A stretch of DNA of 64,000 nt from Elusimicrobiota bacterium (GTDB lineage Bacteria; Elusimicrobiota; Elusimicrobia; F11): contig JBGAON010000002.1 of NCBI GenBank assembly GCA_044221725.1, positions 481,455-545,454 on the forward strand, given 5' to 3'. The notes beneath the pieces were generated by a model that was not told the origin of the DNA, ran no database searches, and saw nothing but the letters and a program-made list of their open reading frames with translations. This document shows positions 39,206 to 49,067 of the stretch, one piece after another. A program made the translations under genes and the position numbers. The stretch's first letter is position 1, and each line of letters begins with the position of its first letter.

Positions 39206-39206
39206 A

Positions 39207-40901
39207 ATGACACACGAACGTTTGCGAATTTTGTTGGTCGAGGACGACGAAGAAGACGCGTTGCTGATCCGGAAGATGCTCGAGACAGCGGCGAACGGCT
39301 CGGTCGCACTCGAATGCATGACGGACATGCGCCAAGCAATTGAAAGACTACCGCGCGGCGACATCGATCTTGTGCTACTCGATCTGTTTTTACCCGACAG
39401 CGATGGACTCCATACACTCCAAGATTTGCAGGCGAAAGCCCCGGATGTTCCGATCATTGTAATCACCAATCTTGATGATCAATCGGCTGCCCTCGAAGCG
39501 GTTAATCATGGCGCGCAAGATTATCTCGTTAAAGGCGAGCTGAACGGTTCTTTCTTTCTTCGTACAATCCGGCATGCCATTGAACGGCAGCGTATTCGCA
39601 TTCAGCTTAACGAAACGAACGCTCGTCTTGAACAGTTGGCTCTAATTGATCCGCTTACAAACCTACTTAACCGGCGCGGCCTTCAACAGATTCTTTCGGG
39701 TCACTTTCAAAGATCGCGTATGGGCTCTGACACGCTCGCTTTGCTCGTCGATTTGGACGACTTCAAGCTCATAAACGACACGCTTGGCCACGCTGTTGGC
39801 GATGTCGTTCTGAAAGAGATCGCACAAAGAGTGAAATCCTCGCTGCGCGCAACCGATCACGCCGCGCGAATCGGGGGGGACGAGTTCCTCCTATTATTAC
39901 CGGAGACGCGCATGGCGGAGGGAATCCGAGTCGCAGAAAAGGTGCGTTTGGCGATCGCTGGAAGCCCGATCGTGTTGTCGACAACGGCCAGTCCCGCGAA
40001 GGTGACCGCAAGCCTGGGACTCGTGGTTGTTAACCCTTCGATTTCATCTATCGATGAGCTGTTGGTCGCCACGCACGCTGCCCTCGCGAAGAGCAAGCGC
40101 GCCGGTAAAAATCAGGTTTCGTATGAGATGAGAGAAACACGCGGTTTTGCACAACCCAATCTGCGCCTCATTCAAAGCCAGTTGTTGGAGACACCGTTTC
40201 GAACGTTGCAGCATTCGATTTACAACCTTTATGATGGAACTGTTGTGGGGTGTGAATTCCTAAGTCGCTCACTCGTTCATCACTTTGAGCAACCCGACGA
40301 TTTTTTCCGCGTGAGTCTTGAAAACAACATTTTGACCTCCGTCGATCACGAATGTTTCAAAACGTGCCTGAACGCATCGCAATCCATACCGGGGCATGTA
40401 CGGCGCCATTTCAATTTATTTCCTTCGACGTTACTCGACATTCCGACCGAACATTTGATTCAAGAAATAAAAGCGGTACAAAAAAACGCTACCCCGTGTT
40501 GCATCGAAATCAGCGAACAACAGATTATTGGGGACCCGTCTTATCTCGTTGGACCGGTCGAAGCGCTCAAAGAAGCCGGGATTTTGATTGCCGTGGATGA
40601 TGTGGGGTTCGGTCGAAGTTGTTTCGAAAGCCTCATCCTACTCGAACCGAATATCATCAAGATCGATAAAGGTTGCGTCACCAATGTCGCCAAAGACAAA
40701 GCGCGTGCCCGGTCGCTCAGCCGGATCCTTAACGTGGCCAAGGTTTTGGAAACAGAAGTTATCGCCGAAGGGATTGAATCCGAAGAGGATTTGAATGTGC
40801 TCAAGCAACTCGGCGTCACTTTTGGACAGGGTTTTTTCTTGGACAAGCCCTCGGTTCTGCCCGAACCGACTTCATCCCGCCGCCTACGGGTCATCCGTTA
40901 G
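39207..40901 (+). CDS. Response regulator with REC, GGDEF and EAL domains (c-di-GMP turnover)
   Basis: The ATG at 39207 lies 1 nt after the kinase stop; the ORF-track start at 39165 is upstream within the kinase. REC domain (LLVEDDEEDA...DLVLLDLFLPDSDG), a GGDEF domain with an intact RIGGDEF motif, and an EAL domain with an EFL variant plus DDVGFG, EGIE and QGFF motifs. Confidence 0.9.
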   Translation: MTHERLRILLVEDDEEDALLIRKMLETAANGSVALECMTDMRQAIERLPRGDIDLVLLDLFLPDSDGLHTLQDLQAKAPDVPIIVITNLDDQSAALEAVNHGAQDYLVKGELNGSFFLRTIRHAIERQRIRIQLNETNARLEQLALIDPLTNLLNRRGLQQILSGHFQRSRMGSDTLALLVDLDDFKLINDTLGHAVGDVVLKEIAQRVKSSLRATDHAARIGGDEFLLLLPETRMAEGIRVAEKVRLAIAGSPIVLSTTASPAKVTASLGLVVVNPSISSIDELLVATHAALAKSKRAGKNQVSYEMRETRGFAQPNLRLIQSQLLETPFRTLQHSIYNLYDGTVVGCEFLSRSLVHHFEQPDDFFRVSLENNILTSVDHECFKTCLNASQSIPGHVRRHFNLFPSTLLDIPTEHLIQEIKAVQKNATPCCIEISEQQIIGDPSYLVGPVEALKEAGILIAVDDVGFGRSCFESLILLEPNIIKIDKGCVTNVAKDKARARSLSRILNVAKVLETEVIAEGIESEEDLNVLKQLGVTFGQGFFLDKPSVLPEPTSSRRLRVIR

Positions 40902-41033
40902 GCCAAAGTAGACAATCGGCATCGAATACATTAAGATCGGCGCCGCCGCAGTTCCTTCAAGACTCTCGAATATGGGGTCATACCTTGAGTATCTCGCTCA
41001 ACATCAAATCGGAAGGGCTTTAAAGGAGGTCGC

Positions 41034-41495
41034 GTGCGCTTTTTGGTTTCGGAAGTACGAACAGCAGGCCGCCTTGAACGAAAGGTATCAGTAGAACCGT
41101 CTACAGTGTTGGGTGTGGCGCCGGAGTTCGTTCAGTACAGGCATGCACTGAACGTTTATGCCGAAGCGGTTTTGACAGGGACGGATATTGTCGTAACGGG
41201 CGAGATTTCGACCACATTTGGTTTTACGTGCGGTCGGTGCCTTGAAAACTACGAGCGTCCGTTTCGGGGAAAACTGCAACAGATTTATAGTTTGGATCAG
41301 AAGGAAATAGACATTTCGCCTGAAGTAAAGGAAGCGGTGTTACTCGAAATGCCGATTACACCGGTGTGTCACGAAGGTTGCAAAGGGCTTTGTGCGACGT
41401 GTGGCAAGAATAGAAATATCGCACCGTGCACATGCAAAGCCGTGGCAGAAAATCCAAAATGGTCCGCATTAAAAGATTTTCGATTTAAAAAATAG
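41034..41495 (+). CDS. yceD: YceD/DUF177 family protein (23S rRNA accumulation protein)
   Basis: 153 aa with C-terminal CxxC...CxxC pairs. GTG start after AGGAGG. Conserved position directly upstream of rpmF-plsX. Confidence 0.8.
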   Translation: MRFLVSEVRTAGRLERKVSVEPSTVLGVAPEFVQYRHALNVYAEAVLTGTDIVVTGEISTTFGFTCGRCLENYERPFRGKLQQIYSLDQKEIDISPEVKEAVLLEMPITPVCHEGCKGLCATCGKNRNIAPCTCKAVAENPKWSALKDFRFKK

Positions 41496-41507
41496 CAGGG
41501 AGACATC

Positions 41508-41714
41508 ATGGCCAATCCGAAGAAAAAACATACACCAATGCGACGAGACATGCGGCGCTCAGCGAATTTCAAACTCACTGCCGCAAGCCTCTCGACCTGC
41601 CCACAATGCGGCAAAGGAATCTTGCCCCACCGTGTGTGCCAGTATTGCGGCTTCTACCGCGGAGAATTGGTTCTCGCACCGAAACAGGCGAAGAAGAAGC
41701 AAGAGGGCAACTAA
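41508..41714 (+). CDS. rpmF: 50S ribosomal protein L32
   Basis: 68 aa beginning MANPKKKHT, with a CxxC...CxxC zinc ribbon. Confidence 0.93.
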   Translation: MANPKKKHTPMRRDMRRSANFKLTAASLSTCPQCGKGILPHRVCQYCGFYRGELVLAPKQAKKKQEGN

Positions 41715-41717
41715 TTA

Positions 41718-42734
41718 ATGAAGATTGCACTGGACGCGATGGGAGGGGACTTGGGTTCCTCCGTGAACGTCCGTGGCGCTATCGAAGCTTGTCGTGAATG
41801 GCCGAATCTCGAGGTCGTTCTGGTCGGCAATCGTCAAGTCCTGACGAACGAAATTAAGTCCCACCACCTTTCGGCAAAAACAAAAATCGAAATCCACCAT
41901 GCCGACGACATCGTCGGCATGCATGAGTCTCCGGTCGAAGCTTGCCGGACCAAACCGGATTCCAGCATTATGGTTTGCGCGAAACTGGTTGCGGAGGGGA
42001 AAGTCGACGGATTGGTTTCCGCCGGAAATTCTGGTGCGACCATGACCGCTTCGTTGCTCCATCTGCGACGGCTCGAAGGAATCTCACGGCCAGCCATCGC
42101 GACCATCATGCCAACGCTGGACGGCCACTGTGTCGTGCTCGATATGGGCGCAAACATGGATTGCAAACCAAAACACCTTCTGCAGTTTGCGGTCATGGGA
42201 TCCGTTTATTACCAAGCAATGTTCAAGAAACATAAACCGACGGTGGGTTTGCTATCGATCGGCGAAGAGGAAGGGAAAGGCAACGAACTCACACTTGAAA
42301 CCCATTCACTCTTAAAAAACAGCGGACTAAATTACATCGGCAACGTGGAAGGCCGCGACATTCCCATGGGAAAAGCAGATGTGGTTGTTTGCGACGGGTT
42401 TGTTGGGAACGTGGTACTAAAGTTCGGCGAGGGTTTGGCTGAGGCGATTATTAAACTCATGAAACGCGAACTGCAAGGTCATCCGCTGGCTCTTCTGGGT
42501 GGACTCATGGTAAAAGGCGTGCTCAGAAAAATCAAAAAGAAAGTGGATCCGGCCGAATACGGCGGAGCCCCGCTTCTTGGTATCCAGGGAATTTCGATTG
42601 TTAGCCACGGAGGATCAAACGATTTTGCAATTAAGAACGCCCTGCGCGTCGCCGCGGAACTGATTGAAGATAACATCAACATGCATATCGCTTCACAACT
42701 GAAGAACACATCACAGAGTATTGTGCTCGCATAA
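41718..42734 (+). CDS. plsX: Phosphate acyltransferase PlsX
   Basis: 338 aa starting MKIALDAMGGD. Conserved rpmF-plsX-fabH order. Confidence 0.93.
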   Translation: MKIALDAMGGDLGSSVNVRGAIEACREWPNLEVVLVGNRQVLTNEIKSHHLSAKTKIEIHHADDIVGMHESPVEACRTKPDSSIMVCAKLVAEGKVDGLVSAGNSGATMTASLLHLRRLEGISRPAIATIMPTLDGHCVVLDMGANMDCKPKHLLQFAVMGSVYYQAMFKKHKPTVGLLSIGEEEGKGNELTLETHSLLKNSGLNYIGNVEGRDIPMGKADVVVCDGFVGNVVLKFGEGLAEAIIKLMKRELQGHPLALLGGLMVKGVLRKIKKKVDPAEYGGAPLLGIQGISIVSHGGSNDFAIKNALRVAAELIEDNINMHIASQLKNTSQSIVLA

Positions 42735-43736
42735 ATGACCACTCGGAAAGTTCGCATCACGGGCACCGGCTCCGCGCTTCCTGAAAAAATCGTCACAAAC
42801 GCCGATCTCTCGAAAATCGTTGAAACAACCGACGAATGGATTACAACTCGCACAGGCATCAAAGAACGTCGCCTCGCGAGCGAGACAACAGCCACCTCCG
42901 ATTTATCGATTCAAGCGGCGAAGCAGGCCTTAGCAGCGGCCGAACTTCCGGCGTCTGAACTGGATGTGATTATTGTTGCAACCTGTACGCCGGACCATTT
43001 TTTTCCATCGGTTGCCTGTTTGGTCCAGAAAGCGTTGGGGGCAAAGAAAGCTGCCGCGTTTGATGTCTCCGCTGCCTGTTCCGGGTTTCTTTATGCTCTC
43101 TCGGTTGGAAAAAGTTTGATCGAGTCAGGGGCGCACAAGAAGACTCTAATTATAGGAGCTGACTTGCTCAGCAAGTTCACGGACTGGAAAGACCGCTCCA
43201 CGTGCGTGCTTTTTGGGGATGGCGCCGGCGCTATGGTTCTCGAATCCGACGAAACGAACGGTCCCTCCACTTCTCCAACAATTTTGGCTGTCGATCTCGG
43301 TGCCGATGGTTCCGAAACAGATATTTTGAAAATTCCTGGCGGCGGCTCGCGTCATCCGATGTCGGAAGAAAGCTTTAAAGAATTTCCTCCTTATATTCAT
43401 ATGGACGGGAAAGAAGTCTATAAGCACGCGGTGACCCGCATGATCGAAACAGCGGGCAAGGCGCTCGCCAAATGCGGCAAAAAACCGGAAGACTTGAGCC
43501 TTTTGATTCCGCACCAAGCAAACTTGCGCATCATCGAGTCCATCGCGAAACGCATGCAATTGCCGATGGAAAAAGTTTTCTTGAATATTCACAAATACGG
43601 GAACATGTCGGCTGCGACCACGATTGTCGCTTTGGACGAAGCGCGCCGCCGTGGCCAACTGAAAGCTGGCGACGTCGTTGAACTCATTGCGTTCGGTGCG
43701 GGCCTCACATGGGGAGCGGCGGTGATCCAATGGTAG
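42735..43736 (+). CDS. fabH: 3-oxoacyl-ACP synthase III
   Basis: 333 aa with the catalytic Cys motif AACSGFLYAL and a C-terminal HQAN...GAG region. Confidence 0.93.
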   Translation: MTTRKVRITGTGSALPEKIVTNADLSKIVETTDEWITTRTGIKERRLASETTATSDLSIQAAKQALAAAELPASELDVIIVATCTPDHFFPSVACLVQKALGAKKAAAFDVSAACSGFLYALSVGKSLIESGAHKKTLIIGADLLSKFTDWKDRSTCVLFGDGAGAMVLESDETNGPSTSPTILAVDLGADGSETDILKIPGGGSRHPMSEESFKEFPPYIHMDGKEVYKHAVTRMIETAGKALAKCGKKPEDLSLLIPHQANLRIIESIAKRMQLPMEKVFLNIHKYGNMSAATTIVALDEARRRGQLKAGDVVELIAFGAGLTWGAAVIQW

Positions 43737-44716
43737 GAAAGATCGCATTCTTATTTCCGGGACAGGGCTCACAAGCCATTGGAATGGGCAAGAGCGCATT
43801 CGAACGGTCCCAAAACGTGAAAAACCTTTTTGAAAAGGCAAACGAACAGCTTGGGTTCTCGCTTTCGGCTTTGATGTTCGAAGGCCCCGAAGACAAACTG
43901 AAAGATACCTCCATCACACAACCAGCCCTTTTTACCGCCAGCGCAGCAGCGCTCGAATTACTGAAAGAAAAACACGTTCACCCATCGTTTGCGGCGGGCC
44001 ATTCGCTCGGGGAATATTCCGCGCTGTATGCGGCCGGTGTTTTTTCGTTTGAGGAAGGACTTTTTCTCGTACGCGAGCGCGGAAAGCTGATGAACGAAGC
44101 CGGCGCAGCGAAACCCGGCACAATGGCCGCCATCATTGGATTGGACGCAGCAAAAGTCGAAGAAGCGTGTACGAACGCTTCGACCGCCGAAGCCGCCTGT
44201 TCACCCGCCAATTTTAATTCGGAATCGCAGATCGTCATTTCGGGATCGACACCCGCGGTTCTTAAAGCAATGGAGCTTGCACAAGCAGCCGGAGCCGCCA
44301 AGGTGATTCAGCTAAACGTGAGCGGCGCCTTCCATTCTTCGTTGATGAGCGACGCCGCTTTAAAGATGAAGGCGATTCTTGAGAAAGTAAATTTCAGAGA
44401 TGCATCGTTCCCGGTCGTCACAAACGTGGACGCGGCTCCAACCCAAAAGGCGAACGAGTTCAAAGAAAAACTATTTCAACAGATCGACCACTCGGTCCGT
44501 TGGCACGAATCCATGAAAAAGATTGTCGAGTTGGGCACGGAGACGTTTGTGGAAGTTGGGTCCGGAAAAGTTTTGGGAACGATGGCGAAAAAGCTCGACC
44601 GAAAGAAAACCGTTTTGTTTACCGATGAATTGAATGATTCGTCATCCTGGAATGTCTTAATCCAGGATCCAATTGAAATGGACCCTGGATTAAAGATTTC
44701 CAGGGTGACACATTAA
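43730..44716 (+). CDS. fabD: Malonyl-CoA:ACP transacylase
   Basis: The ATG at 43730 overlaps the fabH stop (ATGGTAG); the ORF-track start at 43709 is upstream. Motifs FLFPGQGSQ and the active-site GHSLGEYSA. Confidence 0.92.
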   Translation: MVGKIAFLFPGQGSQAIGMGKSAFERSQNVKNLFEKANEQLGFSLSALMFEGPEDKLKDTSITQPALFTASAAALELLKEKHVHPSFAAGHSLGEYSALYAAGVFSFEEGLFLVRERGKLMNEAGAAKPGTMAAIIGLDAAKVEEACTNASTAEAACSPANFNSESQIVISGSTPAVLKAMELAQAAGAAKVIQLNVSGAFHSSLMSDAALKMKAILEKVNFRDASFPVVTNVDAAPTQKANEFKEKLFQQIDHSVRWHESMKKIVELGTETFVEVGSGKVLGTMAKKLDRKKTVLFTDELNDSSSWNVLIQDPIEMDPGLKISRVTH

Positions 44717-44726
44717 GGAGCTTCGA

Positions 44727-45470
44727 ATGCGTTTAAAGGATAAAGTTGCTGTTATTACCGGTGGTGGCCAGGGCATTGGCCGCACGATTGCCGAAACCTA
44801 TGCTCGCGAGGGCGCAAAACTGGCTTTGTTTGACGTTGTTGAAGATACCGTAAAGAAAACCGCCGACGAAATTAAAGCTCATTACAACGTCGACACGTTC
44901 GCTGCGAAGGTGGACGTCACAAAATTCGACGATGTGGAAGCAGGAATGAAGCGTGTTGTTGACACATTTGGGAAAATTGATGTATTAGTCAACAACGCTG
45001 GCATCACAAAAGATAATTTGGTTTTGCGGATGTCGGACATGGAATGGGATGCAGTTCTTGCTGTAAATCTCAAAGGTCCTTTCAATTGCACCAAAGCGGT
45101 GTTTTCACCCATGAGAAAAGCGGGCGGGGGGCGAATCATCAACATCAGCTCCATCGTGGGACTTATGGGAAATGCAGGTCAGGCCAACTATTCGGCTTCG
45201 AAAGGCGGATTGGTGGCAATGACCAAAACCTGTGCCCGCGAATTTTCAAAGAAAAATATTTTGGTCAATGCGATCGCGCCGGGTTTCATTCGCACAGCGA
45301 TGACCGATAAATTGTCGGACGAAGTGAAGAGAGCGTTAGCGGCGCAAATTCCGCTGGAACGGCTCGGAGAAGCACAAGACGTCGCAAACGCCGCACTGTT
45401 TTTAGCTTCAGATGAATCTTCCTATATCACGGGACATGTGATCTCAGTGAATGGGGGAATGTACATGTAG
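44727..45470 (+). CDS. fabG: 3-oxoacyl-ACP reductase
   Basis: 247 aa short-chain dehydrogenase with TGGGQGIGR, NNAG and S...YxxxK (YSASK). Confidence 0.92.
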   Translation: MRLKDKVAVITGGGQGIGRTIAETYAREGAKLALFDVVEDTVKKTADEIKAHYNVDTFAAKVDVTKFDDVEAGMKRVVDTFGKIDVLVNNAGITKDNLVLRMSDMEWDAVLAVNLKGPFNCTKAVFSPMRKAGGGRIINISSIVGLMGNAGQANYSASKGGLVAMTKTCAREFSKKNILVNAIAPGFIRTAMTDKLSDEVKRALAAQIPLERLGEAQDVANAALFLASDESSYITGHVISVNGGMYM

Positions 45471-45558
45471 GAACCAGGATTTGGGAGTTCGGATAAAAAC
45501 GGATCCTAAATCCCAAGCCCTGGGAAAAAAATTCAGTCTAAGTTTAGGGAGGACGTAA

Positions 45559-45798
45559 ATGTCTGCAGAAATCGAACAAAAAGTGAAAGATATTATTGTT
45601 GAACAACTCGGTGTGGATGCCGCCGAAGTGAAGCCAGAAGCGTCGTTCGTAAACGATTTGGGTGCCGACTCATTGGACACCGTTGAACTCGTTATGGCGC
45701 TCGAAGAGTCGTTTGATATGGAAATTCCTGACGAAGAAGCGGAAAAGATTCAAACCGTTGGTCAGGCGATCGACTACATCAAAAACCACAAGAAATAA
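45559..45798 (+). CDS. acpP: Acyl carrier protein
   Basis: 79 aa with the phosphopantetheine attachment motif [17 protein letters not shown]. Confidence 0.95.
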   Translation: MSAEIEQKVKDIIVEQLGVDAAEVKPEASFVNDLGADSLDTVELVMALEESFDMEIPDEEAEKIQTVGQAIDYIKNHKK

Positions 45799-45862
45799 GC
45801 CCCCAATTCAACCTCAGTAAATCTCGACGGACTTCCACTCAGGTGGAAGCTGGCCATTATTT

Positions 45863-47110
45863 ATGAAAAAAGTAGTCATCACAGGCGTTGGCGTGGTGAG
45901 CCCGATTGGTATTGGGAAAGAAGCCTATTGGTCTTCTCTTTCCAGAGGCCAGCATGGGTTTAGCCGCATAACGCGATTCGACGTTTCAAAATACCCCTGC
46001 CAAATTCATGCGGACGTAAAGAACTTTGACGTCACGCAGTACGGTGTCGACAAAAAAGGGGCGCGCCGCATGGACCTGTTCACGCAGTTTGCAATGGCCG
46101 CTGCCAAAATGGCCGTGCAAGACGCGGGACTCGATCCAACGAAAGTTGATCCGGAACGCGCTGGCGTCATCGTCGGTTCCGGAATCGGCGGATTGCCAAC
46201 CATTGAAGCGCAACATTCGGTACTGCTCGAGAAAGGCGTCAATCGCGTTACACCGTTCTTGATTCCGATGTTGATCACGAACATCGCTCCCGGCGAGATC
46301 GCGATTGATCTGGGGTTTGTTGGTCCGAATTACTCGTGCTCATCGGCGTGCGCAACGGCAAACCAATCAATTGGTGCCGCCTTGAGGCATTTGCGATACG
46401 GCGATGCGGACGTGATGATTGCCGGAGGAACCGAAGGCGCGATCACACCGCTGGGTGTCGCGGGTTTCTGCCAAGCGCAGGCGTTAACATTCGATTTCAA
46501 CGAGAATCCCGCTGCCGCAAGCCGCCCATTCGACAAAAACCGTTCGGGGTTTGTCATGGGAGAAGGTGCCGGAATCGTTGTGTTGGAAACCGAAGAGCAC
46601 GCGAAGAAACGCGGTGCCCGCATTTACGCGGAACTTGCGGGCTACGGCGCGACGGACGATGCGTACCACATCACGGCGCCCAGCCCCGAGGGAAAGGCTG
46701 CTGTGAAAGCACTGAAGCTGGCGCTCGAAGACGGTGGCATTAACGCTGATGAGATTGACTACATTAACGCGCATGGAACATCGACACCGTTAAACGATAA
46801 AACCGAAACCAAAGTCATCAAAATGGTTTTTGGTGAACGCGCGAAGAAGATTCCGATTTCATCAACAAAATCGATGACGGGACATTTGTTAGGCGCCGCG
46901 GGCGGAGTGGAACTTATTGCGACGTTGTTGAGCATGGAACACAACCTTATTCACCCGACGATCAATTACGAAACGCCCGATCCGGAATGCGATTTGGATT
47001 ACGTACCGAACGTCGCACGGCCGGGGAAAATTACGTGCGCATTGTCGAACTCTTTGGGATTTGGCGGACACAACGCGGTTTTGGTCGTCAAGAAGTATGG
47101 CCACGCCTGA
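45863..47110 (+). CDS. fabF: 3-oxoacyl-ACP synthase II
   Basis: 415 aa KAS II with catalytic Cys (SCSSACAT) and His-His regions (AHGTSTP, GHLLGAAG). Confidence 0.93.
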   Translation: MKKVVITGVGVVSPIGIGKEAYWSSLSRGQHGFSRITRFDVSKYPCQIHADVKNFDVTQYGVDKKGARRMDLFTQFAMAAAKMAVQDAGLDPTKVDPERAGVIVGSGIGGLPTIEAQHSVLLEKGVNRVTPFLIPMLITNIAPGEIAIDLGFVGPNYSCSSACATANQSIGAALRHLRYGDADVMIAGGTEGAITPLGVAGFCQAQALTFDFNENPAAASRPFDKNRSGFVMGEGAGIVVLETEEHAKKRGARIYAELAGYGATDDAYHITAPSPEGKAAVKALKLALEDGGINADEIDYINAHGTSTPLNDKTETKVIKMVFGERAKKIPISSTKSMTGHLLGAAGGVELIATLLSMEHNLIHPTINYETPDPECDLDYVPNVARPGKITCALSNSLGFGGHNAVLVVKKYGHA

Positions 47111-47774
47111 TCTGGGCGTAATTGAAAAGAAAATACGCGTTAAATTCCAGGACCGGAAGTTACTGGAAGAAGCTTTCACACACAAGTCGTATTCGATCGA
47201 GCACAACGTCCCGTCCAACAACGAGCGACTCGAGTTTCTTGGCGATAGCATCATCGCCGCGGTCGTAGCGCACTGGTTGTTTAAGAAATTCCCGAACGTC
47301 GACGAAGGTCGGCTTTCGAAGATGAAATCCCAAATTGTTTCGCGCAACAATTTGAGTTTGTGGGCCGATGACTTGGACCTGGGCACGTACCTTTTCTTAA
47401 GTCAAGGTGAAGAAGCCACCGGTGGCCGAAAAAGGGAAAGTCTTCTCGGTAACGTTTATGAAGCACTGGTGGGGGCGATCTTTTTGGATCAAGGTTTTCC
47501 GCCGGCACAAAAATTTATTCTGCGGCATTTAGCGAAGAAAAAACGGATCGTCGAGAACGATTTCAAGAGCAAACTGCAAGAGATCGTGCAGAAGAAATAC
47601 AAAGCACCACCGGTCTACACAGTGATCGCCGAAACGGGGCCCGATCACGAAAAGAAATTTACACTCGAAGTTTGCATCAAACAACGTGTGCTGGGAAGCG
47701 GCGAGGGCCGCTCGAAAAAAGAAGCGGAGCAGATGGCCGCGAAAGAAGCTTTAAAAGTGTTACGAAGTGCTTAG
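47097..47774 (+). CDS. rnc: Ribonuclease III
   Basis: The ATG at 47097 overlaps the fabF 3' end by 14 nt. RNase III signature ERLEFLGDS and a C-terminal dsRBD. About 225 aa. Confidence 0.9.
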   Translation: MATPDLGVIEKKIRVKFQDRKLLEEAFTHKSYSIEHNVPSNNERLEFLGDSIIAAVVAHWLFKKFPNVDEGRLSKMKSQIVSRNNLSLWADDLDLGTYLFLSQGEEATGGRKRESLLGNVYEALVGAIFLDQGFPPAQKFILRHLAKKKRIVENDFKSKLQEIVQKKYKAPPVYTVIAETGPDHEKKFTLEVCIKQRVLGSGEGRSKKEAEQMAAKEALKVLRSA

Positions 47775-47783
47775 GAGGCATTT

Positions 47784-49013
47784 GTGGACTACGGTTTAAC
47801 AGAAGAACAACGAGCAATCATCGAAATCGCCAAAGAAATCGGCGAAAAGAAAATAAAGCCGATTCGCATGGAGTGCGACGAACACGAAAAATTTCCGTGG
47901 TCCGTGGTTGAAGAAATGAGAAAAGCCGATTTGTTCGGTGTCTACATTCATCCGAATTACGGTGGACTTGGTGGCGGCGGATTCGAACTCGTGTTGGCGG
48001 TGGAAGAACTTTCCCGCGCGTGCGGTGGTATTGCTCTTGCTCTGGCGGCTTCGGCCCTCGGAGCGTTTCCAATCATCCTTTACGGAACGCCGGAACAAAA
48101 GAAAAAATATCTTCCGGACATTGCCTCCGGTAAAAAATTGGCCGCGTTCTGTATCACAGAACCGGAAGCTGGATCCGATGCAACCGCCACCCGCGCTACG
48201 GCTCGCAAAGAAGGCGACTATTATATTTTGAACGGTCTCAAAAACTTCTGCTCGAATGGCGAAGCCGCAGAAACCTATACAACGTTCTTGTCGACAAACT
48301 TGTCGCGCGGCGCGCGTGGTATCACGTGTTTTGTGATCGAAAAAGGAACTCCCGGTTTCGGATTCGGAAAGAAAGAACAGAAAATGGGAATTCGCGCTAG
48401 CAACACGTACGAACTCACGTTCGACAATTGCAAAGTCCACAAAGACCAAGTGATCGGTGGCGAGGGGAAAGGATTGTTTGTCGCTCAAGCAACGTTCGAC
48501 ATTTCGCGTCCCGGCGTGGCGAGCCAAGCGCTGGGCATCGCGCAAGGCGCGTTCGACGAAGTTTTGCAATACGGTCGCATGCGCAAGCAATTCGGCCAGA
48601 ATATTCTGTCGTTCCAATCGAGCCAACACATGATTGCGGACATGGCCACTTCCATCGAAGCGGGTCGGGCTCTTTTGTACAGCGTGACCAGGGGAATGGA
48701 CAAAACTTTTGTCCAAGCGATCGACAACGCCGAAAAGTCTGGCGGATTTGTGGCCGACGAAATGAAAAAACTTTCGCGCCGTCGTTGGACGAAGGAGTCC
48801 GGCATGGTGAAATTGTATTGCTCGGACATGGCGATGAAGGTTTCAACGGACGCGGTGCAACTCGCGGGCGGTATTGGCTACATGCGCGACTTCCCAATCG
48901 AGAAATACATGCGCGACGCAAAAATTACGCAGATTTACGAAGGCACAAACCAAATTCAACGCAACGAAATTGGCATGACCATCACCAAAGAGTTGGCGGG
49001 CGCAAAAGAATAA
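47784..49013 (+). CDS. Acyl-CoA dehydrogenase (short/medium-chain, butyryl-CoA dehydrogenase-like)
   Basis: 409 aa ACAD with N-terminal alpha, middle beta and C-terminal alpha domains, and the motif YEGTNQIQR near the C-terminus. AGGAGG RBS. Confidence 0.85.
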   Translation: MDYGLTEEQRAIIEIAKEIGEKKIKPIRMECDEHEKFPWSVVEEMRKADLFGVYIHPNYGGLGGGGFELVLAVEELSRACGGIALALAASALGAFPIILYGTPEQKKKYLPDIASGKKLAAFCITEPEAGSDATATRATARKEGDYYILNGLKNFCSNGEAAETYTTFLSTNLSRGARGITCFVIEKGTPGFGFGKKEQKMGIRASNTYELTFDNCKVHKDQVIGGEGKGLFVAQATFDISRPGVASQALGIAQGAFDEVLQYGRMRKQFGQNILSFQSSQHMIADMATSIEAGRALLYSVTRGMDKTFVQAIDNAEKSGGFVADEMKKLSRRRWTKESGMVKLYCSDMAMKVSTDAVQLAGGIGYMRDFPIEKYMRDAKITQIYEGTNQIQRNEIGMTITKELAGAKE

Positions 49014-49067
49014 AGTAGATTCGAAATCTCCCAACCAACCAAATTACCGAAGGAAAACTATTCTTCC

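Noticed and set aside
39165-39206. Upstream start for the response regulator overlapping the kinase (MLFWRKKTWLLRTE...).
   Set aside because: The REC domain begins at MTHERLRILLVEDD. The ATG at 39207 lies 1 nt after the kinase stop.
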